Positions 1-10,319 of a stretch of 62,697 nt of DNA are shown here, in pieces. The DNA comes from Candidatus Yanofskybacteria bacterium (GTDB taxonomy: Bacteria > Patescibacteriota > Minisyncoccia > JACQLN01): assembly GCA_943359335.1 (NCBI GenBank), contig CALRHC010000003.1:1-62697 (forward strand), in the 5' to 3' direction. Below the pieces are notes generated by a model. That model did not search any database. It saw only the letters and a list, made by a program, of their open reading frames with translations, and was not told the origin of the DNA. Position numbers and translations under genes: made by a program. Position 1 is the stretch's first letter, and each line of letters begins with the position of its first letter.

Positions 1-924
1 GCTTATATCTATGCCGTTATGACCATTACCACTGTATACACCTCTTCTAGCAAGCTTTGTCATTCCAAATGCCTGTGTAACCCGTGGGTTTTCTTCTGGC
101 CAAACAAATAACTTAGTCCCCTTTGGTGGTAAATTTTTAACTTTAAAATAATTATTAAAATTACCTTGAGTTAAAATTTGTTCTTCTATTTTGGCTAACT
201 CGGAAAATAATAACGCCCTTTCTTTTTCTGTTTTTGATAAAAGTTCCTGATACTTTTTTTCTTCGCCTTTAGTTACTTTAAGCACGGTGTCTTTTCTAGT
301 TTTTTCTTGTTGTTGAGTAGATTTTTGGACGGATAGCTGTGCGTTTTTATTTTCTAATTCTTTTTTATTTTCTTTTAAATCCTCTTCTTTAACTTCTAAG
401 TTATTTTTTAAAACCCGTGTATCCTTAAGAACGTCGTTCATTTTTTCTTGCAAAGCATCTAAATGTTCTGTTTGTTTAACTGCTTCGGTTAGTGTTTTAT
501 ATTTTAAAGCTCGTTCTAATAAGCTTTCTTCGTCGAATTTTCTAATTTCCCTTAAAATACTAGCTAAAACTTCTTGTTTTTCGCCTATACTTAATTGGGT
601 TTTTTCTATATCGGTTTGCGTTTCTTTAATATCTAGACGAGTTATATAAATTTGATTTTCTGTTTTTTTAATCTCTAAATTAAGCTTGCTTATTTGGGAG
701 TTTATTCCATCTATCTCATTTTTTAAAGAAGCGATCTCCCCTTTTTTAGAATCTAAATTTTTTTGGTATTCGGCTATTTTAGCTTCTATTTCGGCAATGT
801 TATTTTGTAAATTTGCCTTTTCATTTTTTAAATTTTCTAACTGATCGGCTTCGGCAAAAATTGGCGCAAAAAACAACGCCAAAAAAATAAAGAATATTTT
901 AAGTCCTTGTTGTCTAAGCTTCAT
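1..924 (-). CDS. Coiled-coil M23-family peptidoglycan endopeptidase (EnvC-like), partial; runs off the window edge
   Basis: Manual translation from ATG 924: MKLRQQGLKIFFIFLALFFAPIFAEADQ signal-like N-terminus, long coiled coil, then ...WPEENPRVTQAFG...GHNGIDIS (start of M23 HxxxD motif). Confidence 0.8.
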   Translation of the reverse strand, partial: MKLRQQGLKIFFIFLALFFAPIFAEADQLENLKNEKANLQNNIAEIEAKIAEYQKNLDSKKGEIASLKNEIDGINSQISKLNLEIKKTENQIYITRLDIKETQTDIEKTQLSIGEKQEVLASILREIRKFDEESLLERALKYKTLTEAVKQTEHLDALQEKMNDVLKDTRVLKNNLEVKEEDLKENKKELENKNAQLSVQKSTQQQEKTRKDTVLKVTKGEEKKYQELLSKTEKERALLFSELAKIEEQILTQGNFNNYFKVKNLPPKGTKLFVWPEENPRVTQAFGMTKLARRGVYSGNGHNGIDIS

Positions 925-2323
925 TTAATTTTCCTAATGCTTTCTTAATTCTATTTATAGATTCTTTTTTACCTAATACATCTAAAATTTCAAATGGGCT
1001 TGGGGATTTTGCCATACCAGACAGAGCTACTCGCAATGGCCACAAAACCTCACCCCTGCCTAGTTCGTTAGCTTTAGGCATAAGTTCTGTTGTGGTTGAA
1101 TCAATATCGAAAGAATCTTCCGGAATACTCTCTAACACGTTTAAAACCACTTCAAGTTTTTCTTTAGTTTTTTCTTTTGAAGATTCTTTCCAACTTAGTA
1201 AACTTGCTTCGTAAATTGGTAGTGCAAAAATAAACCCTGCAAGTTCTTTTACTTCTGAAAATATATTTAATCTTTCTCTAAACAGATGAGCTACTTTTAT
1301 AAGTTGAGCCTCGGTTGGGTTATACATATCTAAATAGGGCGCAATAAACTTAGCGATTTCTGCCGGCACCATATTTTTTATATACTGATTGTTTATAGAA
1401 TTTAATTTTTCGATGTCGAAAATTCCGCCGGCTTTTTGAACTCTGGTTAAATCGAATTCTTTGATTAATTCTTCTATGTTAAATATTTCTTTCTCATCTT
1501 TAGGATGCCAACCAATTAATGCTAAAAAGTTAAGCATAGCTTCTGGTAGGTACCCCAGTTTAGTAAAGTCATTTACAGAAACAGCACCGTGGCGTTTAGA
1601 GAGTTTAGATCTATCGGTCGCCAATATTAAGGGTAAATGTGCGTATTCTGGTTGGTTAAACCCAAGAGCTTCTATTATAAGTATTTGCTTCGGAGTGTTA
1701 GAAAGATGATCTTCGCCTCTTATTATGTGCGTTATCTCTGATTCGTGATCGTCTACTACCACAGCAAAATTATAAAGTGGAGTATCTAGATTTTTAGCTA
1801 ACGAAATGTCGCCCAGTAAGCTGGTGTCGAATTCTACCTCGCCTTTTACTAAGTCTTTAAAGATTATTTTTTTATAAGGAGTTTTTAAGCGAATAATTGC
1901 ATTATTGGTTTTTAGTTTATTTGTTGCTTCTTCACTCGAAATATTTTTATGTTCACATTCATGTTTAAAAGATATTTTTTCTAAAGCTTGGTTTTTTTGT
2001 TCTTCTTCTAATTCTTCTGTTGTATGAAAACAATAAAAAGCTTTTTTACTTTCTAATAATTTTTTTAAGTAATTTGTGTGTATAGAAACTTTTTCGCTTT
2101 GTCTAACTAGTTCGCCTTCCCAATTTAAACCCAACCATTTTAAACCGTTTAAAATATCGGGTTCATATTCTTTTTTTGATCTTTCAATGTCTGTATCTTC
2201 TATTCGCAACAAAAATTCGCCATGATTTTGTTTGGCAAATAAATAATTAAAAAACGCGGTTCGGGCGGTACCCACGTGCATATGGCCTGTTGGGCTAGGG
2301 GCAATGCGGGTTCTAACTTTCAT
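914..2323 (-). CDS. gltX: Glutamate--tRNA ligase
   Basis: RIAPSPTGHMHVGTART (HIGH), RGEDH, KLSKR (KMSKS) motifs. Confidence 0.97.
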   Translation of the reverse strand: MKVRTRIAPSPTGHMHVGTARTAFFNYLFAKQNHGEFLLRIEDTDIERSKKEYEPDILNGLKWLGLNWEGELVRQSEKVSIHTNYLKKLLESKKAFYCFHTTEELEEEQKNQALEKISFKHECEHKNISSEEATNKLKTNNAIIRLKTPYKKIIFKDLVKGEVEFDTSLLGDISLAKNLDTPLYNFAVVVDDHESEITHIIRGEDHLSNTPKQILIIEALGFNQPEYAHLPLILATDRSKLSKRHGAVSVNDFTKLGYLPEAMLNFLALIGWHPKDEKEIFNIEELIKEFDLTRVQKAGGIFDIEKLNSINNQYIKNMVPAEIAKFIAPYLDMYNPTEAQLIKVAHLFRERLNIFSEVKELAGFIFALPIYEASLLSWKESSKEKTKEKLEVVLNVLESIPEDSFDIDSTTTELMPKANELGRGEVLWPLRVALSGMAKSPSPFEILDVLGKKESINRIKKALGKLNEA

Positions 2324-3407
2324 TTTTGGTTAAGTCTAATAATATTTTTGCTAAGGCATCAGCTGCTTCTATTTTACCAAATTTTTTGGCATTTTGGGTC
2401 ATAGAATCAAGTTCTGTATCGCTATTAAGAGTTTTTTCTAAGGTTTCTTTTAGCATGTCTAGTTCTTGTTCTCTTAAAACAATAGTAGCGTGAGTTTTGG
2501 CATATGAAGATGCGTTCACTGGTTGGTCGCCTCCTTTTCTTTCTAATGGAATTAATATACTTGGTTTACCAAAGACAGCTAGTTCAAAAATAGTTCCCGC
2601 ACCGGCGCGTCCAATAGCCAATGTACATAGTATATAAGCAGAAGCAAGTTTTTTTTCTGAAAGTAGTGCAGAAACTTTTAAGTTTTGTTTACCCGTTGTT
2701 TTTTTAGAAATATCTTCAAAATTATTAGCACCCACACTCCAAATAACAAAGTATTTTTCTAATAATGAATCCAAAATTTCTATAACTTTATTGTTTATTC
2801 TTTGTGCGCCTTGGGACCCACCACTTATAAAAATAATCTTTCTATTGGTATGAACATCTAAAATATCACTTGCCTCTTCTTTGTTTAAGTTTATAAAATT
2901 TGTTCGTACAGGGTTACCAGTTAGAAATATATTTTTATTATTAAAATATTTTCTAGCTTCTTCAAATGAAATAGCAATATTATCTGTAACATAGGAAAGA
3001 AATCTATTAGCTAAACCAGGTACAGCATCGGATTCGTGTATAATTGTTTTTTTAAATAAAATATCGGCAGCTAAAACAGGAAGTACACTACCGTAACTTC
3101 CTTTTCCCAAAACAACATCGGGGTTTATAGAATAAACTAAAATTAAAGATTGGAAAAAAGCTATTGGAAGTTTAACTATTTCCCAAATATATTTAAGAGA
3201 AAAATAACGCCTAATTTTGCCTGCAGCAATAATTGTTCGAACCATAACACCTTCTTCGCGTAAAGCATTTAGCGAAAATTCTTCTGGCCCAACAAAGTAG
3301 ATTTCGGCTTTGGGTTCTAGTTGTTTTATGGCTCTGGCTATAGCAACTAAAGGCAAAACATGCCCACCTGTACCACCTCCACAGAGCATTATCCTAGGGT
3401 TTTTCAT
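2313..3407 (-). CDS. murG: UDP-GlcNAc:lipid I GlcNAc transferase
   Basis: GGGTGGH, TGNPVR, GGSQGA, GRAGAGT motifs. Confidence 0.95.
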   Translation of the reverse strand: MKNPRIMLCGGGTGGHVLPLVAIARAIKQLEPKAEIYFVGPEEFSLNALREEGVMVRTIIAAGKIRRYFSLKYIWEIVKLPIAFFQSLILVYSINPDVVLGKGSYGSVLPVLAADILFKKTIIHESDAVPGLANRFLSYVTDNIAISFEEARKYFNNKNIFLTGNPVRTNFINLNKEEASDILDVHTNRKIIFISGGSQGAQRINNKVIEILDSLLEKYFVIWSVGANNFEDISKKTTGKQNLKVSALLSEKKLASAYILCTLAIGRAGAGTIFELAVFGKPSILIPLERKGGDQPVNASSYAKTHATIVLREQELDMLKETLEKTLNSDTELDSMTQNAKKFGKIEAADALAKILLDLTKNES

Positions 3408-3436
3408 ATACCTACTTTAGCAGTATTTTTTGGAAT

Positions 3437-3471
3437 AAAAAAGCAAGCAATCGGTTGCCGATTGCTTGCTT
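3437..3471 (-). terminator. Intrinsic terminator of orphan 3476-4195
   Basis: Perfect 14-bp stem 3441-3454/3458-3471 with 3-nt loop, followed by a T run on the minus strand. Confidence 0.8.
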
Positions 3472-3475
3472 GGGG

Positions 3476-4195
3476 TCATCTTGTTTTTGCTTTGGCTTTT
3501 TCTGCCAACTTATCAAAGTGTTCATTCATTAGATAGGCCATAGCTTCTAGCCTGCCTAGTGTGGAAACATCCCCAAATAGTCCATACAAAAGCTGATCTA
3601 AAATCAAAGTTCTGAGTGGAGATATAGAGTCGAGATTAATCCTGTCTTCATTAAAATCTTGGCGGACCTTTTTTAGAATAAAATTTATATCTGCCAATCT
3701 CGCTGGTTTTTGCCATGCTTCGCCCTGTACACGCACATATTTTTTTACGTGCATAGACAGTTCATTTTCATACTCATTTGGAAGGGTCGGTACATTTAAC
3801 TTATTTGCGACAATAAACCGATATATAACTTCAGGTAGTAGGTTAGAAAATTCTGTTTGAGATTTCCAAACTGAATCGTGCCAAACAGCAGCTCTAAAAA
3901 TGCCTAAGATGATACCTTCTCCAAAAAAAGTTTTGAAATTTGGTAGACAATCAACGACGGCTTTTAACCATATATCTCTTCCTGCAAAACGTATGCAAGC
4001 AGCCTCCGAAATTTTTGCGGATATATTCCAACTTAAATAACTGCATCTATCTACAAGACCTCTAAGCTCGCGATCAGTATCTTTAGAGTTATGATCATGT
4101 TTTTCTAGTATCGAAAAAGCAACTAGTAAATATTGAAGATCTGAGGAATCATCGGAAAATAAAACTTGTCCAGCTTGGATTGCTAAGCTATTCAT
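3476..4195 (-). CDS. Orphan hypothetical protein (weak HD-like RAAVWHD motif)
   Basis: 239-aa ORF with GAGGAG SD, own promoter and own terminator, between ftsW and murG. Confidence 0.7.
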   Translation of the reverse strand: MNSLAIQAGQVLFSDDSSDLQYLLVAFSILEKHDHNSKDTDRELRGLVDRCSYLSWNISAKISEAACIRFAGRDIWLKAVVDCLPNFKTFFGEGIILGIFRAAVWHDSVWKSQTEFSNLLPEVIYRFIVANKLNVPTLPNEYENELSMHVKKYVRVQGEAWQKPARLADINFILKKVRQDFNEDRINLDSISPLRTLILDQLLYGLFGDVSTLGRLEAMAYLMNEHFDKLAEKAKAKTR

Positions 4196-4196
4196 A

Positions 4197-4254
4197 AAAC
4201 TTCTCCTCTCGAAGGTTTATTCCCTCTCGGGAATGTGAGTCTCCTCTCGGAGAC
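4197..4254 (-). repeat. Three tandem CGAGAGG units; two form perfect hairpins with GAGA tetraloops
   Basis: CCTCTCG at 4205, 4223, 4243; perfect 6-bp stems 4219-4224/4229-4234 and 4239-4244/4249-4254. Confidence 0.75.
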
Positions 4255-4274
4255 ATATTAAGGAACTTGGGTTG

Positions 4275-4303
4275 AGCTTAGAATATAAAAACCAGAAGGT
4301 CAA
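4275..4303 (-). promoter_or_regulatory. Sigma70-like promoter
   Basis: TTGACC-17bp-TAAGCT on the minus strand. Confidence 0.55.
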
Positions 4304-4305
4304 AT

Positions 4306-5397
4306 TTAATTTTTCCTAGCGATGTTTGCCACCATACCAATCGCCGCAAGTTCTATCATCAAGGCTGTGCCGCCATAGCTTATAAACGGCAAAGGAATGC
4401 CTGTAAACGGAATCATACCTAAAATGCCTAATGTGTTTATAAATGCTTGTAACCCTATCCAAGCTACTACACCTATAACCAAATATCTTGAAAAAGCGTC
4501 TTTGGAAAGAGAGGCTATTTTAATTCCGCTTAAAATCCAAATTAAGTAAGTTAATAAAACCAATACAGAGCCAATAAAGCCCAATTCTTCCGAAACCACA
4601 GCAAAAACAGAATCTCCAATTGTTTCCGGTAAGTAATTATATTTTTGAATTCCTTTTCCTAATCCTAAGCCGAAAATTTCTCCCGAGCCTATAGCAATTA
4701 AAGCTTGCTTAAGCTGATAACCCGAACCAGCCGTGTCGTTGTTTGGATTGAGGAAAGAGGTAAATCTTTCTCTACGATATGGTTCTACAGCAATTAAGGT
4801 TGCCATTAAAGCTAGGCCAGTTAAAAAAACTAAGCCCATAGTTTTTAAATCGGAACCTGCCACAAAGTACATTACAAAAGCAGTAGAACAAATTACTAAA
4901 AAAGTTCCAAAATCTGGTTGTAAAATTACAAGTCCGCAGATAATGCCTATCCATAACAGAAAAGGAAAAATCATAACAGGTTTTTTAATTTTATCTTTTT
5001 TTGATTCCAACCAATGAGCCAGATATACAACTAGGGCTAATTTTGCAAATTCGGCCGGTTGAAACGAGAACCCAAAAAGACTGATCCATCTTTTAGCACC
5101 GAGTGCTCCAAAACCTATTTTGGGTACAAAAACCAAACACAGTAAAATTATGGCAAGAATCAGTGCAGGTAGCCCAAATTTTTTGAGTATAGATATATCG
5201 ATTTTATAAAAAAAGAAAAAAGCCAAAAGCCCTATACCTAAACCATATATTAGTTGGTGTTTAAAATAATAAAAACTTTCGCCATGATTAGATTGTGATA
5301 GTGGTATAGAAGCATTAGTCATTACAGCTATGCCAAGCAAAACTAAAAAAGCAGTAGCAAATAAAAAAGTTGTTGCTGCTTTATTGTGATTTTTCAT
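4306..5397 (-). CDS. ftsW: SEDS peptidoglycan polymerase FtsW
   Basis: GAKRWI, FQPAEFAK, LQPDFGT, GIPLPFISYGG motifs; dcw context. Confidence 0.93.
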   Translation of the reverse strand: MKNHNKAATTFLFATAFLVLLGIAVMTNASIPLSQSNHGESFYYFKHQLIYGLGIGLLAFFFFYKIDISILKKFGLPALILAIILLCLVFVPKIGFGALGAKRWISLFGFSFQPAEFAKLALVVYLAHWLESKKDKIKKPVMIFPFLLWIGIICGLVILQPDFGTFLVICSTAFVMYFVAGSDLKTMGLVFLTGLALMATLIAVEPYRRERFTSFLNPNNDTAGSGYQLKQALIAIGSGEIFGLGLGKGIQKYNYLPETIGDSVFAVVSEELGFIGSVLVLLTYLIWILSGIKIASLSKDAFSRYLVIGVVAWIGLQAFINTLGILGMIPFTGIPLPFISYGGTALMIELAAIGMVANIARKN

Positions 5398-5398
5398 T

Positions 5399-6979
5399 TT
5401 AAAATCCTTTTTTTAATATTTGTCCTGCCAAAACCCCAGAAAAACCAGATTCATTTAGTGCAACTTTGCCATTTACTAAAACATTTTTAATACCCGAAGG
5501 GTATCTTAACGGGTTTTCGAATGTAGAGTTATCTTTAATATTATTAGGATCAAATATAACAATGTCTGCAAAAAAATCTTTAGCTATAACTCCTCTATTT
5601 TTTAATCCCATCCATTCGGCTGGTTTTGCGGACATTTTATAAACAGCTTCTTCTATGGTTAAAACTTTTTTTTCTTTAACGTAACGCTCCAAAATTTTAG
5701 CAGTTGTACCAAAAGAACGTGGGTGTGGTACTGCACTTCTTTGTTTTGCTTCGTCGTTATAGCCCGAACCATCCGAAGCAATAATACTTGCAGGATGTTT
5801 TAATAATTCTTGAAAAACTGTTTCATCTATATCGTTCCAAAAAACAGTAACTTGATCTCGTGCAGCAAGTAGCAAATTTAAAATAGCTTCGGCACCAGTT
5901 GTGTTTTGGTCACGAGCAATTTGGGCAAGGCTTTTACCTACAAAAAGCTGCCCCAAAGCGCTTGTAGCAATGGTTATTTTTTCGTATGGGTAGTTTTTGC
6001 TTTCTATGTCCCGAACTATTTTTTCGTGTGTGCCACTATTTTTTATTTTTTTAATAAGATCATCTTTACCGCCAACTATTGCCCATTCTGGAAGTAAAAG
6101 ATAAAGAATAACCGCTGAAGCAGTATAAGGGTAAACATCAAAGCTTAAGTTTGTTCCACTTTTTGAAGCTACATCGATCATACGCAAGAGTCTTTCAGCA
6201 GAAGCTACGTTTTTTTCTCCTAGCATTTTTAGGTGGCTTATTTTTGCTTTAACTGGGGCGTGGTGCAGATAACCCAAAACTTCGTTTAGCGAGGCATATA
6301 TTTCTGGGCCCTCGTTTCTTAAATGAAAAGATGCTGCGCCGTTAGAAAATCTGGTTGTGGTTAGTAATTTAATAATTTCTTCTTCGGATGATAATCTTTC
6401 GTGGCTATACGCCAAGCCAATTGATAGCCCGTAAGAGCCCTCAGTTAAAGATCTTTTTAAAAGAGAGATTACCTGTATTTCTTCTTTGGGTGTTAGAGAA
6501 CGAACAGAATCGCCAACAAAATCTCTTCTAATGGTGGCGTGTCCGGTAAGCGTAGCTACATTTATACTAGTTTTTCTTTTTATAAGCGTGCTTAAGAACT
6601 CTGCTGTGCTAGACCAGTTAATATTTGTTCCATAAGTACTGGACCATTTTTGAACAGAAACTAAGGATCCTTTTAGAAGTGGTGCCAAAGATGAACCACA
6701 CTGCCCCATTAAAATGGTGGTTATTCCTTGGCGAACCATGCTTTCTAATATATTGTCGTTTAGAATACTCCCATAACTATCGGAATGATTTTGAACATCT
6801 ATAAAACCTGGAGATACCACCATACCAGAAGCATCTATTTCGGTTTTAGCTTTTGCTTTGGTAAGATTGCCTATTTCAAAAATTTTATCGCCAACAATAC
6901 CAACGTCTGCCTTGTAAGCGAGGCGTTTACCCGTGCCATCGACAATAGAACCATTTTTTATAAGTACGTCAAAAGACAT
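5399..6979 (-). CDS. N-acyl-D-amino-acid deacylase (amidohydrolase family)
   Basis: IDASGMVVSPGFIDVQNHSD, QGITT..GQCG, HPRSFGT, FFADIVIFD motifs. Confidence 0.85.
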   Translation of the reverse strand: MSFDVLIKNGSIVDGTGKRLAYKADVGIVGDKIFEIGNLTKAKAKTEIDASGMVVSPGFIDVQNHSDSYGSILNDNILESMVRQGITTILMGQCGSSLAPLLKGSLVSVQKWSSTYGTNINWSSTAEFLSTLIKRKTSINVATLTGHATIRRDFVGDSVRSLTPKEEIQVISLLKRSLTEGSYGLSIGLAYSHERLSSEEEIIKLLTTTRFSNGAASFHLRNEGPEIYASLNEVLGYLHHAPVKAKISHLKMLGEKNVASAERLLRMIDVASKSGTNLSFDVYPYTASAVILYLLLPEWAIVGGKDDLIKKIKNSGTHEKIVRDIESKNYPYEKITIATSALGQLFVGKSLAQIARDQNTTGAEAILNLLLAARDQVTVFWNDIDETVFQELLKHPASIIASDGSGYNDEAKQRSAVPHPRSFGTTAKILERYVKEKKVLTIEEAVYKMSAKPAEWMGLKNRGVIAKDFFADIVIFDPNNIKDNSTFENPLRYPSGIKNVLVNGKVALNESGFSGVLAGQILKKGF

Positions 6980-7031
6980 TTTTAATTAAAAAATATAAAA
7001 CTAGTACTTTAATACTTATATTTTAACACAT

Positions 7032-8078
7032 TTATTTACCTATTAGCTGAATTATTATTCCAAGTACGGCCATAACAGCCGAAATAATCCAAAATCTTTC
7101 TGTAACTTTAGTTTCGGGCCAGCCTTTGGCTTGGAAGTGGTGATGAATAGGGGCTGAAAGAAATACTTTTTTACCACCGCGCAGTTTTTTACTTATAACT
7201 TGAATAATTACCGAAGCAGATTCAATCATGGGTACAAAAGCTATAAGAGGTAAAACCAAAGCGGCATTGGTAAGTAAAGCAATAACGGCTAAAGTTATGC
7301 CAAGTGGCATAGCTCCCGTGTCGCCCATAAAAAATCTGGCTGGATGTATGTTAAACCACAAGAATGAAAGTAAGGCTCCAACAACCACTGCACAAAAGAC
7401 AGCAAGTTCATACTTACCTTCAAAAAAAGCAATTAAACCATAACTAGCAAAAGCTGTTAGCATTAAGCCTCCAGCCAAACCATCTAAACCATCCGATTCA
7501 TTAACAGAAAAAGACGTTGCCACTATAATAAAAGCAGCAAAAGGAATATACCAATTACCTATGTCGAAATTTCCAAAAAATGGAACCTTAACAGTTGTCC
7601 AATCTAGTTTGTAATGGAACCAAAGGGCTCCAATTATAGCCACAACTGTATAAAGCAATAAACGATGGCGCATTTTTAAACCACCACCTTTTGGACCTAT
7701 CTTAAACACTCCAAGCAGGTCGTCACCCAAACCAATAATTGCTGAAAAAATCATAATGCCTATTGGTAATAGTGTTTGAGGTCTAGATAAAAAACTTAAA
7801 CCAGATGCTAAACTATTCGGCATAAATTCTTTTAGTACAGCGAGCCCAATAATTAAAATTAATGTAGTTAGCCAAATAATTACACCACCCATTGTAGGTG
7901 TACCTTCTTTCCCTTTATGCATAGAAGCAAACACAGGCGCTCCCTCTGTGCGTATTTGTTTGCCTAAGCGATATTTATATAAAATATTTGTCCACCACGG
8001 AGTTAAAACCATTGCCAAAGCAAAAGATCCAAAAGCTAAGGCTAAAATTCTGGCAACTTGAAACGAAGTATCTAGCAT
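7032..8078 (-). CDS. mraY: Phospho-MurNAc-pentapeptide transferase
   Basis: GTPTMGG, GLGDD, DGLDGLA, FMGDTG, APIHHHF motifs. Confidence 0.96.
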   Translation of the reverse strand: MLDTSFQVARILALAFGSFALAMVLTPWWTNILYKYRLGKQIRTEGAPVFASMHKGKEGTPTMGGVIIWLTTLILIIGLAVLKEFMPNSLASGLSFLSRPQTLLPIGIMIFSAIIGLGDDLLGVFKIGPKGGGLKMRHRLLLYTVVAIIGALWFHYKLDWTTVKVPFFGNFDIGNWYIPFAAFIIVATSFSVNESDGLDGLAGGLMLTAFASYGLIAFFEGKYELAVFCAVVVGALLSFLWFNIHPARFFMGDTGAMPLGITLAVIALLTNAALVLPLIAFVPMIESASVIIQVISKKLRGGKKVFLSAPIHHHFQAKGWPETKVTERFWIISAVMAVLGIIIQLIGK

Positions 8079-8079
8079 A

Positions 8080-9075
8080 TTATGGTTGTATGTTATTAGG
8101 CCAAGACCAAGCTTCTTCTACCCATTTTACAGCTTTTCTTATTTGGCTAAAGCGATCGTTAGATCCTAGCACTAAATATATAATTTCTGTATTGTTTGAA
8201 CTTGTTGTTACTAAAACCATATTCCCCAATGCTCTATTTGTAAAACCGGTTTTTCCACCTATAACATTAGTGTATTCGTTTAAAAATGGATTAGTTGATT
8301 TAAAATTATGAATAGCTACAGCGTTTAAAGATTTAGTACTGTAATTTTGCATTTTTAATATATCCCAAATCAAAATATATTTAGGGTTTTCTCTTAAATA
8401 TTTTATGAATTTAGAAAAATCATTGGCTGTACTAAAAGAATTTATATCCTCTAAGCCTGCTGGATCTGTAAAATTAGAATGAAGCAAACCTAGGTCGTTA
8501 AATTTTAAATTCATCATTCTTACAAATTCCCTAACAGGTGCGGCACTAACTTCGGGATTAGTTTGTAATTTTCCACCAACATGTTCGGCCAAAGCATAAG
8601 CAGCATCATTAGAAGATTCTAAAAGCGCTGCCGCTAAAAGATCTTTTATGGTAAGTATCTCACCTTCTTTTAAGTTACCGCTATCTCCTTCGTTTTTGAT
8701 TGCTTTTGCCGAAATTGATGTTGTTTCTAGTGGATCAGCATAATCTAAAACCAAAGCCGCTGTTATAAGTTTAGTTAAAGAAGCTATTGGACGAGGTTCC
8801 TCTGCATTTTTTGAATAATAAATAAAATTCTCTTTAAAATCCCAAATTAGCATCGAGGTTGTGTCTGCTTCTATTTCTGGAATTTCTATATTTCTTTGCG
8901 GGGTAATTTTAACAGCTATTGGTGGAGCTGTTTTTTTATTGGTGTTTAAATCTATGGCAGGAGTATTAAAATATGCGCTAGCCGCCATATATTTTGGTGT
9001 GCCAACTTGGTACGACAAAAGTAGTGTAGGAACAATAACAAACGCACCAATTAAGATATATAAAATTTGTCGCAT
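8080..9075 (-). CDS. D-alanyl-D-alanine carboxypeptidase (peptidase S11)
   Basis: SLTK (SxxK), SSND (SxN), GKTG triad. Confidence 0.9.
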   Translation of the reverse strand: MRQILYILIGAFVIVPTLLLSYQVGTPKYMAASAYFNTPAIDLNTNKKTAPPIAVKITPQRNIEIPEIEADTTSMLIWDFKENFIYYSKNAEEPRPIASLTKLITAALVLDYADPLETTSISAKAIKNEGDSGNLKEGEILTIKDLLAAALLESSNDAAYALAEHVGGKLQTNPEVSAAPVREFVRMMNLKFNDLGLLHSNFTDPAGLEDINSFSTANDFSKFIKYLRENPKYILIWDILKMQNYSTKSLNAVAIHNFKSTNPFLNEYTNVIGGKTGFTNRALGNMVLVTTSSNNTEIIYLVLGSNDRFSQIRKAVKWVEEAWSWPNNIQP

Positions 9076-9623
9076 TAGTTTTGAAGTAGTTTTTCTGTTT
9101 TAAATACCTCCGATTTTAATTCGTTGTATTTTGGTAGTTCGTGTTCTTTTTCTAAACCTAGTTTTTTTAAAGCACCTAAAGATATCTGGTATGTTTGAGG
9201 TTTCGTTGTATCGTTTTTATCTACTAAACCCCTTAATGTTAAATTTCGCAAAGCATAGGTTGAATTTACACCTCTTAATACTTCTACTTCGCTTTTAGAA
9301 ACCGGCCCACGATATGCCACAACAGCCAAAACTTCTAAGCTAGCAGGAGTTAATTCTTCTTGTATCTCGCTTTTTACAAGTTTTTCTATATATACGGAAG
9401 ATTCTTTACTAGAAACTAATTGCCATTTATCGTCTTTGCTAATAAGTTTTATTCCCCTATTTAAAAAATTATTTTTTAAATTTTCCAAAGCTAATAAAAC
9501 ATCATTAGTTGAAGCCAAAGTTATTTCTACCAATTTTTTTATGCTAATACTTTCACCATAAGAAAAAAGCAAGCTTTCTAAAACTTGTTCTAAATTTTCT
9601 ATATTATTTGTTCGTTTTGCCAT
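9075..9623 (-). CDS. scpB: SMC-Scp complex subunit ScpB
   Basis: LTPASLEVLAVVAYRGPVSKSEVEVLRGVNS. Confidence 0.92.
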   Translation of the reverse strand: MAKRTNNIENLEQVLESLLFSYGESISIKKLVEITLASTNDVLLALENLKNNFLNRGIKLISKDDKWQLVSSKESSVYIEKLVKSEIQEELTPASLEVLAVVAYRGPVSKSEVEVLRGVNSTYALRNLTLRGLVDKNDTTKPQTYQISLGALKKLGLEKEHELPKYNELKSEVFKTEKLLQN

Positions 9624-10309
9624 GTTAGTTTTATATCTTCGAAATTTGAAGTTTGTTCAGCTGTAATTTTTGCACGCTTTAATAATTCTAACACGGAAAG
9701 AAATGTTACTAATCTTGCTTCTGGGTTAGTGGAATCGACAATTTGAGAAAAATTTAGTTCTAGTTTTTCTTTAATATTTTTTTCTAAATCTGCTATTTTT
9801 CCTTCCAAAGATACTTTTTCTATAAGCTGAGCCTGAGGAATTCTTTGAGGTAAGGTAATTGTGCTAATTAAGTTTGTTAAAGAATTAAACAAAACTTCAC
9901 TTGTTAATTTTTTAGGAAAATAAAAAACAGGTTCTATGTTGGCTAAGTATGTTCTGTTGTAGTATCTGTTGCCTTGTATATCTAGCTTATGAATTTCTTT
10001 TGCCAGCTCCTTATATTTTTGGTATTCAGCTAGTTGATCTTTTAAACTTTGAATATCTTTTTCTTCTTCTTCGGTAAGTTTTAAAAAAGGCAAAAGAGCA
10101 CGCGATTTTATTAAAGCCAGTCGTCCGGCAATATTTAAAAAATTAGCCATATCTTCCATAGCTAAATTTGCCGAACTTTTTAAATAACCTAAAAATTGGT
10201 CGGCTACTTCGGCTAAAGATATTTCGGTTATTTCTAATTTTTTAGATTCTATAAGCTGGTGCAATAAGTCTAGTGGACCTTCAAATTTGGCTAATTTTAT
10301 TTGGTACAT
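9599..10309 (-). CDS. scpA: Segregation/condensation protein A
   Basis: FEGPLDLL N-terminus, TFLSVLELLK C-terminus; adjacent to scpB. Confidence 0.92.
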   Translation of the reverse strand: MYQIKLAKFEGPLDLLHQLIESKKLEITEISLAEVADQFLGYLKSSANLAMEDMANFLNIAGRLALIKSRALLPFLKLTEEEEKDIQSLKDQLAEYQKYKELAKEIHKLDIQGNRYYNRTYLANIEPVFYFPKKLTSEVLFNSLTNLISTITLPQRIPQAQLIEKVSLEGKIADLEKNIKEKLELNFSQIVDSTNPEARLVTFLSVLELLKRAKITAEQTSNFEDIKLTWQNEQII

Positions 10310-10319
10310 TTCCTAAAAG

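Noticed and set aside
914-924. Alternative genetic code 25 (TGA = Gly)
   Set aside because: TGA terminates many genes at ATGA overlaps, and genes are intact under code 11.
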